64,000 bases of DNA from Octopus vulgaris (GCA_951406725.2 OX597815.1:113274001-113338000); one strand, 5' to 3'. Shown: positions 1 to 12,830, counted from the stretch's first letter. The notes: a model not told the origin generated them from the sequence alone. A program made the numbers and translations.

Positions 1-390
1 GCGTTGTTCCTTTTTTTTGTTTGTTCTTTGTTTTTTGGATTTACTATTTACGCACGCTCACACAGACACCCGCCCTTCCGACTGACTTTGGAGTACCTAA
101 TTCTTTCTACCATCGGATTATATTACCTTTTTCATTCGGAATACGCCATTTCTGCACCTTGATTATGAATCGTTATATATATATATATATATGTATGTAT
201 GAAGATGGGAAAAGTTGTAACAAGGCCAACGGGAATCGTACCTGTATCAGCTGTAAACCGTATGACCGTGCTAATCATTACATCAAGGCGATATCACAAT
301 TTCAACTATTAGAAGTCTTAACCTAACAAGCTAGGATTCCTTATGTCGGTGTCAACAGGAAACTCAATCCACACAGTATCAAGGTATGGG

Positions 391-391
391 G

Positions 392-469
<78 letters not shown>

Positions 470-490
470 GTGTGTGTGTGTGTGTGTGCG
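391..490. repeat. (GT)n microsatellite
   Basis: Visible directly. Confidence 0.97.
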
Positions 491-524
491 TTTAAAATTA
501 ACTAGACAAGAATGAAGTACGGAA

Positions 525-1020
525 AGAGAGCAGGATGGCCATCAACCTCCACCACTGACCTGAAGATTCAACAATCTCGAGAGTTAGTTCTGGTCAACCG
601 ACGAGTGACCATCGAATGAGAGGCATACTCTCTGCAAATTAGTCACGGTTTTGTATACGAAATCATCCACGACAAGTTTCGCTTCCGTAAAGTTTGTGCG
701 AGATGGCTGCCCAAGGAACTTACCGAAGCGCATAAGAGCAACTGTGAGGTGATTTGTCAACACTTACTCCACCGCTACGACGATGAAGGCGATGTAGCTC
801 TTTTCGAGAGAGAATACTCACAAAGAATGAGACCGGAGTCTACTGCTTTGAGCCAGAATCCAAAAGGCATAGTGTGACACGGAAACACCCGGAATCGCCA
901 GTGAAAAAGAAATTCAAAACTCAACCTCCCGCAGAAAAAGTGATGCTAGCTGGGGGGGGGTGTAAAAGGGCTTATATTGGAACATTAACTGGAAAGGGGG
1001 TCTACAGTCACCAGTGTAGA
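525..1020 (+). pseudogene. Decayed mariner transposase fragment (irritans/Himar-like)
   Basis: Manual translation: LVNRRVTIE*..SLQISHGFVYEIIHDKFRFRKVCARWLPKELT, then after a frameshift RILTKNETGVYCFEPESKRHSVTRKHPESPVKKKFKTQPPAEKVML. These match the mariner WVP(K/H)EL and first-Asp (TGDETW) regions. Contains a stop and frameshifts. Confidence 0.88.
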
Positions 1021-1088
1021 TGCAGCTGATCCCTAGATGCCTTTAACAGCGTTCACGCGTATGCAAGCGTTTAGATCAGTCCAATAGT

Positions 1089-1323
1089 TCCTATTTCTTT
1101 ACTACCCACAAGGGGCTAAACACAGAGAGGACAAACAAGGACAGACGAACGGATTAAGTCGATTATATCGACCCCAGTGCATAACTTGGTACTTATTTAA
1201 TCGACCCCGAAAGGATGAAAGGCAAAGTCGACCTCGGCGGAATTTGAACTCGGAACGTAGCGGCAGACGAAATACTGCTAAGCATTTCGCCCGGCGTGCT
1301 AACGTTTCTGCCAGTTCGCCGCC
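1089..1323 (-). mobile_element. tRNA-derived SINE family A, near full length
   Basis: Minus strand reads GGCGGCGAACTGGCAGAAACGTTAG (A box), GAGTTCAAATTCC (B box), then GCCTTTCATCCTTTCGGGGTCGATTAAATAAGTACC (resembles the Deu/Nin-type central domain). More than 12 other copies occur in the window. Confidence 0.9.
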
Positions 1324-1329
1324 TTTGTG

Positions 1330-2150
1330 ATAGTTCCTATCACATGTCATCCATACTTTCTTGGGCAATATATCTGAATGTTAGGTATAGTACTCTTAGT
1401 TAAGAACTTCTGTAATTGCATCACTTAGAAAAAGCATCGATGAGCTCCATATAGTCATAAACTCAAACTGCATCTCATTTACGCTAATTTCCTCCCTAAT
1501 TAGTAGTTCTATATCTCATTTTATCACTTTCTCACCTTTGTTCATCAATTTGATGCTTCTGTAGTTGCTTCCCTCGAGAGCATCCTTTTTGCCTTTGTAG
1601 GTGTTACGATAGTGCCGATGCACCTGGCATTGAATGGCACCTCCCTGCACTACCTAAATCATCTTGTCAGCAACCAGCGCGTATCACATCTCGCCTGACA
1701 TTTTTGTTGTCGCAGCAACTATTCCAGATGACTCTGTTGCTTTCCCTGTCTTCATATCGACCACTTCAGAAGGCTTACTTGAGGCAATTCCTTTCCTATA
1801 CACTTTTCTCATTCAGTAACCTCTTGCAGCATTTCCATGCTTCTTTCTACTTGGCATCTGTGTGGGCAAGTGTGAAGATATCATTCCGCACATACTACTT
1901 TCCACAATTGATATCTTGGTTTGCATTGACAATGTTACATTGCAATCCAGAATACCTAACACCCCCATCTCACGCTTCAAAACATTGACATATCTCCTTA
2001 GCTACAGTTTCTCTCCTTTCTAAATATATCTGACAATTAACTCATCTTCCAGCTATTTGATATTATTCCCCGTCCCCCACTTCTTCCCCTCTTTTCAGGC
2101 TTGTCTCCCAATCTTTATGGGTCAATCCACTCCATTGTTCCATCCCCATG
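1330..2150 (-). pseudogene. RTE-clade LINE fragment (pre-RT and RT N-terminus)
   Basis: Minus strand gives KGKKDALEGSNYRSIKL and MQFEFM, matching the RTE KGKGD..NYRGIKL and QFGF motifs. Heavily decayed. Confidence 0.75.
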
Positions 2151-2257
2151 TCACTCTTCGTAGAATTCAATCTGTAATTACCGCCAAAGGCGGTCCTACT
2201 ACATATTAAAAGAAAATTGTTTGAAATTTTAATGTGTTTCCATTATTTTGTTCAACC

Positions 2258-2261
<4 letters not shown>

Positions 2262-2314
<53 letters not shown>

Positions 2315-2590
2315 TTGTAAGTATGTATATGTATATTATATATATATTATATATATATATATATATACACACACACATATACATACCTATATACATATGT
2401 ATGTACATATACACACACACATATATGTGTGTATTTGTATCTCTCTCTCTCTCTCTCTCTCTCTCTTTAAATATACGTGGGTATGTGTGTTTGTGTACAT
2501 ACGTCTATTGATATACACACATACATATACACACACACACATATATATATATAAACTTATATACTTATATATATATACATTCATACTTAT

Positions 2591-2670
<80 letters not shown>

Positions 2671-2900
2671 TTACGTATACATATACATACACATATATAT
2701 ACTCACACACAGATATATATATATATATATATATATATTCATACGTATACATATATATATACATACGTGTACATACACATACACACACACATATATATAT
2801 ATATACTCACACAGATATATATACACACACGTATGTATGTATGTATGTATGTATGTATGTATGTATGTATGCATTATACACGCGCGCGTGTGTGTACGCA
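2262..2900. repeat. Compound (TA)n/(CA)n/(TC)n/(TATG)n microsatellite tract
   Basis: Visible directly; explains ORFs 2217..3021. Confidence 0.96.
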
Positions 2901-4475
2901 CACACGTACACAAACATCAAGGACTCATGCAGTCAAAACAAGAGTGATGATTGAATCTATAAGAACAGTATTTCACGCCTCATCTCCCCTACGGCGAATT
3001 TATCGAATATGTCACCAATGAGTCACTCACTGTCTTGTTTCTATGGGAGCTTGTGTCTTGCTTAACAGCGTTCGCCTCTTTTCTAGAATTATAGATATTT
3101 TTTCTATAAGCCCAACTACTGCTTCTCCTATCTAAGGGCTAGAATAAACACTTCGTTGCTGTGCAGCCGAAAATCACAGCCATTAGTTTGCTGTCGTCTG
3201 ATGTTGACAATTAGTCACATGACGCAACTGACCTAAGAAACACTTATGAATGGAAGAGAAGTTCTCATTGAATATACACCGAGAAACCTGTCTCGTTTTC
3301 TATTTACTACTACTATACATTTACTCCCGATTTCAAATACGTTTCTATCAATTTCCGCCATATTATTATTATTTTTTTTTTTTTTGCCATCACGAAAGCC
3401 TTTCGTCGAGAGTTAACTATACTGGACCAATTGCTTCATCTTTTTTTAATAGCAATACTTTAATATAGCAGCTAAATCTCCCAGAAATCGCACTATGCAA
3501 TCGTAATAAATGAAGAACACACTGTGGAATGTAGTTTTCGATACAAAAAAAAAGACGACAAAACTACAGCTGGGATGAATCTAGCCGTATGCCAGCTCCA
3601 GCAGGTAAACAAAAGCTAAAGGCTTTACAACAAGACATCTCTTCTTGCAAGTCTGACATTTTATCTTCATATCTGATGTTCTACACTCCGTCACTTAGTC
3701 GTGCAGCTTGCTAAAAGTAGTCGTTAAATCTCCCTCAGATTACATTTTACTGACTTGAATATAGCCTGTGCTGTAAAAAGAAACATGCTCACATTTGAAA
3801 CAAATATGTTTCTGAGCATAATCAAATCGATAAATTTGCAAACTGCCCCAAAATCAACTCACACAATTTTTGGTGAAAAGCTGTTTTTAACAAAGTTTTT
3901 CTGGCGCGTTTACGGAGCCGTCGTTATACTCTAAGCAAAATTGGCAATTGCCTAGGGCGCGGCTAAAATCTGGAGGCGCCGCACAAAATTCATTAATCTA
4001 AACAAAGCCCCTGAAATCCCAATAATAATAAAGTGATCGAGAGAGGTCCCGCTCAGAACAGAGGGGAATGGAGACAGGATAGGGGTGGTTATGGGAGGCA
4101 AGAGGGTTGTTTGATGTTATGGCCAAGCAAATGAGTTGACGTGAAACATCTTAAATTTTACCAGAAACCAGATTTACACGGTGATATGCATGATAAACTA
4201 GAGATTTCTTGCGTGCAAGTCAATAAAAATTTTTTTCAAATGCATTTCAGCTGGAGTAATGAAGGTGATGGTTGGGAGTATTTGAAAAAAAATGTTAAAG
4301 GGAGTGCACAATGTAGAGTTGTAAGATAGGGAAACAAGCTGTAGAGCTGGGAGCAGAGAAGAACATTGTAGGACTAAGAGGAGTGTACAATCTAGGACTC
4401 AGTCAAGGGCACTGTTTATACCCGTTACAGGCCCTGCGCAGTCATGTGCACCATCAGGAAAAGAATCTTGTGATA

Positions 4476-5049
4476 CATCGTGACGTATATTTGCCATTTA
4501 AATATTGCTAACCCCTAAGGGTGGATGCTACTGTAGTTTGTAGCCCCATGAGGACACTTCCACCAGCTGGCTTTAGACACACTTTCTGTGCCCTATCAGT
4601 ATTTGCAAAGGGAAGCTATCCTTCCCGTCTTCAACTTATGATACACACGGACGATGTATTGCAGCTACTGTTTATAACTCGCTCTAAGATTTATTATTGC
4701 TTGATTACACCTTTTCGATATCAGTGTCTTTACGATACTGGAAAAGGGATAAGTATTTGCGAAGAGAACCTACTTTTCCTCGACAACTGTGATTGTCACA
4801 CGCCGATGACGGGTCAATACCCAGAAACTCGAGTCCATGTGTATCATAAGTTGAAGACGAGAAGGATGGCTTCCCTTTGCAAATACTGATAGGACACAGA
4901 AAGTGTGTCTAAAGCCAGCTGGAGGAGGTGTCCTCCTGGGGCTACAAACTACAGTAGCATCCACCCTTAGGGGTTAGCCATATTTAAATGGCAAATATAC
5001 GTCACGATGTGTTGCAGCTACTGTTTATAACTCGCTCTAAGATTTATTA
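4476..5049 (+). mobile_element. Non-autonomous Penelope-like element: inverted partial copy plus forward unit, 12-bp TSD
   Basis: About 4476-4652 is the reverse complement of about 4833-5009. A 44-nt direct repeat lies at 4653-4696 and 5006-5049. TSD AATCTTGTGATA at 4464-4475 and 5050-5061. Internal hammerhead motif. Confidence 0.82.
4797..4842 (+). ncRNA. Minimal type I hammerhead ribozyme motif (degenerate)
   Basis: CACACG-CCGATGA-C-GGGT caat ACCC-A-GAAAC-TCGA-GTC-CATGTG; the inverted copy preserves CGTGTG. Palindromic loop III as in PLE HHRs. Two lesions: U4>C and a C-A mismatch at 10.1-11.1. Confidence 0.75.
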
Positions 5050-5199
5050 AATCTTGTGATAGCTCTTTATGAAACTAAGTTTCAGAGATTTGTAACTTTT
5101 CTGATGTTAGTGGGGAGACAGTTACTACCGGAAACATACAACATCTGGTCCTCTTTCCGTCTTTAACAATACCAGTATGTATTTTTTAGAAAATGAAAT

Positions 5200-5253
5200 G
5201 AGAAGAAGAAGAAGAAGAAGAAGAAGAAGAAGAAGAAGAAGAAGAAGAAGAAG

Positions 5254-5290
<37 letters not shown>

Positions 5291-5340
5291 GCAACAGGAA
5301 CAACGACGACGACGACAAGGACAGCATCAGCATCATCATC
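5200..5340. repeat. (GAA)n(CAA)n compound trinucleotide repeat
   Basis: Visible directly. Confidence 0.95.
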
Positions 5341-5715
5341 GTGGACATGGCTTAAGCAAGGCAATTTGAAGCGTACCTAATCTTGCAGCACAAGATTAGG
5401 CTCTTGCTACAAATTCTACAGAACCTCTGACACCAGTAAAGCAGATTCTGTGAAGAGAATGTAGAAAATGTAACCCACATGGTAAGTAGATGTGAGAGCC
5501 TAGCGCAAAGGGAATACAAACACCACCATGATAAAATTTACCTTCATTGGCTTTTATATCGTAAAAACTAATACGTATTGAACAAAGAAGCTAAATACTG
5601 CCAGATCATTCACGTAACCATACCAAATGACATGGATATTGCGAGAAAGAGGTTGAAAAAAATCACCACGTACTCTGAATTGAAAACGGAGGCAGCAAAA
5701 CTGTTTGGAATGCGA
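5341..5715 (+). pseudogene. R4/Dong-clade LINE fragment (CCHC zinc knuckle and RLE region)
   Basis: WTWLKQGNLKR..LILAAQD*ALATN..RFCEENVENVTHMVSRCESLAQREYKHHHDK, then KEAKYCQIIHVTIPND..KKITTYSELKTE. Confidence 0.75.
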
Positions 5716-6321
5716 AAGGAAAAAAAATTTCCAAAAATTTTTGTCAAATTTTTAAAGAATTTTTTTCTTCTAAATATGCGGGAAAATACGGACATTATGA
5801 TTCGGACAAAAATTTCAAAACATTTCTGTAGTTAGGGTTAGGGTTACGGTTACGGTTAGTGTTGGGGAAAAAAGTCAAAATTGAAGGATTTGGGGTGGGG
5901 AATTTTCACAATGTCGATTTTTGGCAATTTTCCGGAACCTCCGTATCCGAAAACGGGGGTTTTTGGCAAAAAATTTTTTTTAATAAAGAAATTTGGGAAA
6001 AAATGGGGCGGGGACGGGCGGAAGTCTTTCCACTTTTTCCTTAAAATGTACTGTTGTATCATTCCCACTCTTCTAGAATTTTCTCAATGCAATTTACCTT
6101 TCTATTTCTTACTCTTCGTATAATATCAATTTCCTCAGGCCATGTAAAAGAAAAAAAAATTGAATCGTCAGTTATACCCTTAAAGAAAATTTCCTTTCTC
6201 AGAGTTTCACGTCCCCGAACCGATAGCATGTCGAACCTTAAACTGAAACGTTGATGATTTGTACTCTGATGCTAGTACTGTGCAGTATTTATCGCCGAGA
6301 CAGTTGTCTCTTATTCACCTA

Positions 6322-6830
6322 CCGTAAATCCTCGAGTATAATCCGCATTTTTTTCCCAAAATTTAAAGGTCAAAATCCCTAGTGCGTACTATATACGAGG
6401 TTAAAAATGAAAATTATTTTCTAAGCAATGTCCGAGTCTCTATTTGCTGTCCGGTAATGTTTATTCACACGCATTTTATGATGTCGGGCGCGAAAATACA
6501 TTAGGCTAAGCCTGAAAGCAATGAAGTCATAAAAGAATCATCCATAACATGCAGTAAGCAACATTTATTAAACGTTATTACTGTTATTTCTTTATTTTCT
6601 GCAAACAAAATTCACAAAAAAGCTACACGTTTGCATTATGCTATATGTACAATAAGAATAAAGGACTTTACCGTATACAGTTTTACAAACCAAAGACGTT
6701 ATATAGACCTTGACTCCAGTTAGAGAAGGGGTGCGTATTATATACAAGGTTTAGGTTTTTCAGAGGTACAGCCCCCTAAAAGTCCCCTGCGTATTATACT
6801 CAAAGGCCGACTATACTCGAGGATTTACGG
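6322..6830. mobile_element. pogo/Tc2-type MITE
   Basis: TIR CCGTAAATCCTCGAGTATA at both ends, TA target duplication (6320-21, 6831-32), no ORF. Confidence 0.9.
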
Positions 6831-7103
6831 TACTCGCAAAGAATCACATTTTGCTTTGTAAACTGACCATTAAACTAAACATGAATACTGTGTCGGACTG
6901 GCTAGATGGGTCTTGATTAATCGGTATGACTTTTAAGCTGAGTGCTGTCCCATATTAAAACCAACTCCGAACTGTGTTTGAGAAACATTTATTTATACAT
7001 GTGCACATCTCAATATTATATAATTATACAGATGATTGCCAGAGCTGTATTACCGTTTGCCAGCAGTAAAAGAAGTTCATAGTTGAATTAATAATAGATA
7101 AGA

Positions 7104-7150
7104 ACGGCTTCGTTTGAGAGGCGGGAAAATACTCTCTTCTTCATAGTCGA
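7104..7150 (-). ncRNA. Degenerate minimal hammerhead motif
   Basis: Minus: CGACT-aTGAAGAA-GAGAG tattttcccgc CTCTC-AAACG-A-AGCCG. Stems I and II pair; G12 and U16 are missing and C3 is mutated. Confidence 0.45.
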
Positions 7151-7514
7151 AGCTTTCTTTCAACTAGGGTCGAGTAGCGACCAAGAAATCTTTCTTCTTA
7201 TGGACTTGTTGTCTGTGCCACCTACGTGTATCGCTGATTAAGAACTGACTAGTTACTTATTTGTGTGTGGTGAGAGGTGAAGATATTGGGTTCGTGGTAT
7301 GTGCGGGAGAAGTACATTGTAGACTAAGAGAGTCTTTTAAACACAATGATCTCTGAAACCGTCTTTACCTCTGCGTTAATTCTGGCGTGTTTTCGCTTTT
7401 ATAACACCTTTTTACGTGGAAACATCTAGAACTTTAGATAATACGGAGTGATATTGCTGCAAGATGATTGGTCAGTATTATGGGCAGTCACCCAGTCTGA
7501 TCTGGCCTACTCCT

Positions 7515-7907
7515 CTTTACTCTTTTACTTGTTTCAGCCATCTGACTGCGGCCATGCTGGAGCACCGCCTTTAGTTGAGCAAATCTACCCTAGGACTTAT
7601 TCTTTGTAAGCCTAGTACTTATTCTATCGGTCTCTTTTGCCGAACTGCTAAGTTACGGGGAAATAAACACACCAGCATCGGTTGTCAAGTGATGTTGGGG
7701 GGACAAACACAGACATACAAACATATACACACACATATATATATACGACGGGCTTCTTTCAGTTTCCGTCTACCAAATCCACTCACAAGGCTTTGTTCAG
7801 CCCGAGGCTATAATAGAAGACACCTGCCCAAGGTGCCACGCAGTGAGACTGAACCCGGAACCATATGGTTCGTTAGCAAGCTACTTACCACACAACCTCT
7901 CCTACGC
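7515..7907 (-). mobile_element. tRNA-derived SINE family B (internal microsatellite, CORE-like segment)
   Basis: Head GGCGTAGGAGAGGTTGTGTGGTAAG..GGTTCAGTC, GGCACCTTGGGCAGGTGTC, tail GGCGGTGCTCCAGCATGGCCGCAGTC..GAAACAAGTAAAAGAG. Many copies in the window. Confidence 0.9.
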
Positions 7908-9334
7908 CTTGTTACTAAACCTACACGGTTTCGAATCTCAGCCTTGTTGCATCTGTATAATTCATTTCTCACCTAGACACAAAGTTAAACATTTGTAGGG
8001 TAGGATTACAGTCAATTGTAATCGAGCCCAATTCCTGAATGGCATTTATTTTATCGACTCTGGAGAGATAAAAGATTGAGTTGGCTCCGATGAGATTTAA
8101 AGCCAGAACACACAAATACGATGAAAATTAAATCGATAATTGGCCCGGCGTTCTCCCGATTCTGCCATTCCACTGCCATTTTTGCATAAGTACCAAACGC
8201 TTTTTTTTTTCTGTTTACCTGCTGTGTTGAGATTCAGTACCCCAATTACGTCGAAGAAAATAACTGAGAAATTTTTTTCTAAAAAAACTTCTAGATTTTT
8301 TTCTTCTTCTTCTACTGGTTTACCCAAAATAAATTTGCAGCTCAATGTAATCCTGTTTCCCACTCCTATTCATTCACATCCTCAGATCAGTAGACCAAAG
8401 CACGATTCTCTCTAATAATAGATGCCGAAACCTAGAAACTTAAACCTAACAAAAGGAAGTCCAAGCATACATACATACATACATACATACATACATACAT
8501 ACATACATACATACATACATACATACATACTTATGTACATACGTATTTATGTATGTATATGAATACGTATATATGTATTGCATTGTGAGTAAAAACGCAA
8601 AAAACAAAATTAGTTCAAGACCAATTATTGCATAATTTGTTATTTACGTAATAGAAACCAGAAATATTTGTGTGAAACTTCTATGGTTACGTTTTATGTT
8701 GGCTAAAGTAACGAGCAAGAAGTGCTAATGAGAAAATTGACTGCGATATTTGAGTAAAGTTGACACTTTGAAGTGGAACTAGAGGTCAGTTATGAATAGT
8801 AACTTTAACTGCGAAATAGTCAATAAAACATTCGGCTTAAGTAAATATAAGATATTAGGGGATCAGAGTAAAGGTGTTTGGTAATTATATGAACAAATGT
8901 TTACTTCTGTACTAATTAAACAGACATGCAAAAAATAAATAAATGCTTATACATTGACTTTTGAACTTTGCTTGTTTTGTTCTTTTTTTGCTGTTGTTTT
9001 TCTCCTCTAATTAGATTCAACCATCACGATATTTTTTTATATATTTGATATAGACACTCTGTACAAACTTATAAGGATAAATATGAAGTGTTGATCATCG
9101 TGTCCTTACACAATGGTAACAAACACCAACACCCACAGTGGTCAAATTTTAAGCATAAATTGCTTGTGCATGTGTTATGGGATTGTAGAAACTATAAACT
9201 TGAACAGATGACGAAATGTTGAATACATGGTAAGATGGCTTTACTCTATTATAATCAAAGAAAAAGGAAATTAATTTTTTTTCCTTTTTGTGGATAAATT
9301 ATATTGGTTATGACAAACCTGACACCTAAATATT

Positions 9335-9546
9335 GATTTCAATTTTTGACACAAGGCCAGCACTATCGGAGGAAGAGTTAAGTCGATTACATCGACCCCA
9401 GTGCTCAACTGGTACATATTTTATTGACCCCGAAAGGATGAAAGACAAAGTCAACCTCAGCAGAATCTGAATTCAGAAGGGGAAGACGGACGAAATGCTA
9501 CTAAGCATTTCGCCCGGCGTATTAAAGATTCTGCCACCTCGCCGCC
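9335..9546 (-). mobile_element. SINE family A
   Basis: Matches 1089-1323. Confidence 0.88.
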
Positions 9547-9669
9547 TGAGTTCACTGTGCATAGGAAAGACAAGATAGTCACGACTGGAAGGCGTTTTGA
9601 TTGTAAGTCTGCTTGATCAAGATCGATTTGGGGTTAAACAACGGCATCACGAACGAGAGAGTATCTACG

Positions 9670-10100
9670 TGTGTGTTTCGTTCAACATCTTTAAACAACC
9701 CTTATTCAAGGACCTTTTGAGCGGATGGGCTACTCGATCTGAAGAAAATTCTAACTGGGCCCCACCTGCAAGGTCATGCGCTGTTTATCTTGATATGCGA
9801 TCACCATGTCGCGCACATATGGTTGTGATGCATGTGCCTGATCAGGGCCGGCCCTAGGGTCGCTGGCGCCACGGGCAAGCTGAAATTCGGCGTGTACAAG
9901 CTGACGGTCGTGGAAATTTCTTTATCTTTATCACGCCCTCCTTGGCGCCCCCTAGCACATGGGGCCACGGGCGACTGCCCGAATTACCGGTACCTTGAGC
10001 CGGTCCTGTGCCTGATGTACCCTTATCAGCAGGTAGTCATGATGGGTATATTGGGCTTCGTATATTTGTACCCCAGTGTCACTTTGGTGGTATGCATTAT
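9670..10100 (+). mobile_element. 3' part of an interspersed repeat (putative LINE 3' UTR), interrupted by a hAT MITE
   Basis: Colinear with 26568-26820 apart from the insertion at 9843-10008. Confidence 0.8.
9843..10008. mobile_element. hAT-type MITE, 166 bp
   Basis: TIR CAGGGCCGG/CCGGTCCTG and exact 8-bp TSD TGCCTGAT (9835-9842, 10009-10016). Confidence 0.9.
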
Positions 10101-10139
10101 AATAATAACCGCTACTAGTCGTGGTGACACGGTGAGTTA

Positions 10140-10620
10140 CCGAAACTGCTACACTGGAAACTGTGCTTAAAGTGGGGGCTAGAGGGAGGCAAGAGGTGGT
10201 ATGAGCACAAACCGCTGAGAGTGGCGGAGTCAGAGACCCGCAAAATCCTCTGGATTTCCCAATCCAAACAGATCAGGTGCATGAGCATAACAGACCGGAC
10301 TTAGAGGTGCTGGATAAGATGCACCACATGTGATATATGGTTAATGTTGCGTGCCTTTTTGGCCCACGAATAGTCAAGAAGGAAGGAGAAAAAGTAGATA
10401 AATACAACCATCTTAAGTACGAAACAGACTGGCTATGGAAAATGAAGAAGGTGAAGATTGTACCAATTATTGTTGGGTCCTTGGGGACAGTAAGAGAAAG
10501 CATCAAGAGGAATATACAAGAAATCAGAATAGCGTGGCCAGTAGAACTGTTACAAATCAGAATAGCGTGGCCAGTAGAACTGTCAGAATAATCAGGAAAG
10601 TTTTAGATAGCTGAAAAGGA
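10140..10620 (+). pseudogene. R4/Dong-clade LINE restriction-like endonuclease C-terminus
   Basis: KILW..PIQTDQVHEHNRPDLEVLDK..MVNVACLFGPRIVKKEGEKVDKYNHLKYE..WKMKKVKIVPIIVGSLGTV (PD..D RLE motif). Confidence 0.85.
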
Positions 10621-10699
10621 TAAATCGCACAGTCCCGTAGGCTGCAGGCAGCAAGCCCTCTACGCATGCAAGACTCCAGGAGTTCCAACAAACCCTGAG

Positions 10700-11550
10700 A
10701 TAAAAAGATAGTGGCGGGGAAGTGCAACGACGGTAACTATCATGGATAATTTCTTGATGGCCTTGGCTTGGCAATGTTATCGGATGGCGTTACCAGTTCG
10801 CGATAAACTCTACAGGCACGGAGGTGCTATCAGAAGGGCATGTCCGAGGTGCACGCGGAGTGACGAAACCGTTCTACATGTTCTCTTTCAGTGTCCGGGC
10901 ATTGCCGACTTGTGGAGTTATGTCGAACAGCTGCTGTCACGTGTGGACGGATCCGTCTGTGGGCCGAGTCTGTAGTGATGATCGCACTGCCGCCCTCCTT
11001 CAGTCGAGCAGGTAAGGCAGTTTACCTTTACCTGGTAGCTGTAGCGAAAGAGGCTGAAAGGTACGAGGACAGATACATTCCTCTTTGGTAGAACTCTCAT
11101 TGAATTCTTCAAGTTTCAATTGAAAAGGAAATCGAGAGTGGAGGGGCAAGTGCTATCCTCGAGTGAGTTTATTGAAAGATGAGTGAAAGTTGCGAAAATG
11201 GCAAGAGTGGATGGTACCTCTCTAAGTGTAAACCTGGGAGAGAAGGAATTTGAGAGGGCACTTGCTCTTGGGATTTCAAGGAAATCTCGGACAGTGGAGT
11301 TCCTCGATTATCTCTAGAGGCTTTCCTGTATCAGGAGGGCCACATCTCTATCATCCTCTCCATCACTGCTTTTTTTAACCTTTGTATCCTATGCATATGT
11401 CCCTTCTATTTCAGGTTATACCGTGTATACTCTTTTTCTTTCCTTTTTTATCATTTCATTATATGTAAACCCCACGCTTCATGTCTGTCTTTGTATTATT
11501 GTCCCTCTCGTCCTTTCGCCCTTGTGGCAAATGAATGAAATCATTAATAT
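10700..11550 (+). pseudogene. L1/Tx1-clade LINE 3' end (zf-RVT) plus 3' UTR
   Basis: LAWQCYRMALPVRDKL..CPRCTRSDETVLHVLFQCPGIADLW (CX2CX8HX4C); ends in an (ATT)n tail. Confidence 0.82.
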
Positions 11551-12347
11551 TATTATTATCATTATTTATAATATAAGCATAAGGTCGGAAACTTGGAGAA
11601 GTGAGGAGTCGATAAAATTTATTCCAGTACTTGCCAGGTACGTTATTTTATCGATCCCGGAAGGATGAAAAATAAAGCTGACTTTGACGGGATTTGAACT
11701 CAAAACATGAAGAGCCTGAAGTAATATTGCAAGAGAGTTTGTCCGATCCTCTACCAATCCACCACTCTAACAAAACACTATTGATAATAACAACAAAAAT
11801 AACAGTAAAAGCACAGGGATCATGTAAGCAGCACACACACACACACACACACACGAGCCTCGTGCCTTCACAAGTGACAGCGGTCACGGTCAGACAGTAA
11901 GCAAGTATCTCAAAAACAATAAATGCCATTTTAAGGGTCTCTTCCTCAAAACTCTCTCTCTCCCTCTCTCTCCCTCTCTCCCCCTCTCTCTCTCTCTTTC
12001 TCTCTCTCTCTCCCATGCCTTCTACTGTGTTGACTCGCTGTTGATAACAAGCAGCTTTTAAAAACAAGGCAGCCGTAGATAGATATGTCTCAATCCAGAA
12101 CTGACAGATGGACAGATGGAGGAGACGGTGTAGTTTTTAGTGTCAAAACGTAGAAGAAAAAACGAAAAAAAAAAAGAAAAAAGAAAAACACCCCAATAAT
12201 TGTCATATGATAAATGGAGCTAACTTAGGAAAAATAAGGGTTCTTTGATTACTAGAATATAAAGGGAACAGAAGAGGTCTCTCTTTCTCTTTCACTCATC
12301 GTCCCATTTTCCAAAAGGCCACCGTGTTTTTTTTATTTATTTATTTA

Positions 12348-12403
<56 letters not shown>

Positions 12404-12649
12404 TGTGAGTGTGTGTGTGTATGCACACACGCAAAAACACTTTTTTGTTTACATCGAAAAGAAAGAGTACTCAGTTATTCAGTATACAGTGTAGAGTTTT
12501 CACTGACATCAGGAATCACTTGCTGATTCACTCTGAGTCAAATGTACGTGTAATCTTACTACTCTGAGTTTTGTGTACGTGTAATTATGCAGAACTAACT
12601 GGACCCGTGAAAATTCATGGAAAATATGAAAAATGTAAGCATCTGTAAA

Positions 12650-12830
12650 CAGTGTTCTGGTGCCATGAGAAATGTTTGTATATTATGACCGTCTGCTTTT
12701 ACGTTCTGAGTTCAAGTTCTGCCGAGGTCGACTTTGCCTTTCGTCCTTTCGAGATCGATAAATTAAGTACCAGTTGCGTATTGGGGTCGATCTAATCAAC
12801 TGGCCTCTTCCCCACAAAAATTTCAGGCCT
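12650..12830 (+). mobile_element. SINE family A
   Basis: B box and central domain match the other copies. Confidence 0.8.

Noticed and set aside
2217-3021. Long ORFs (e.g. 245 aa) rich in YI/HT/CV, and similar ORFs throughout the window
   Set aside because: Translations of dinucleotide and tetranucleotide microsatellites that happen to lack stops.
4521-4964. Two opposite-strand ORFs both starting MDATVVCSP
   Set aside because: A by-product of the inverted repeat; no recognisable domain.
6163-6260. AATCGTC..AAACT-GAAACGTT-GATGATT, the 3' half of an HHR with stem I complement
   Set aside because: No CUGANGA core at the required position.
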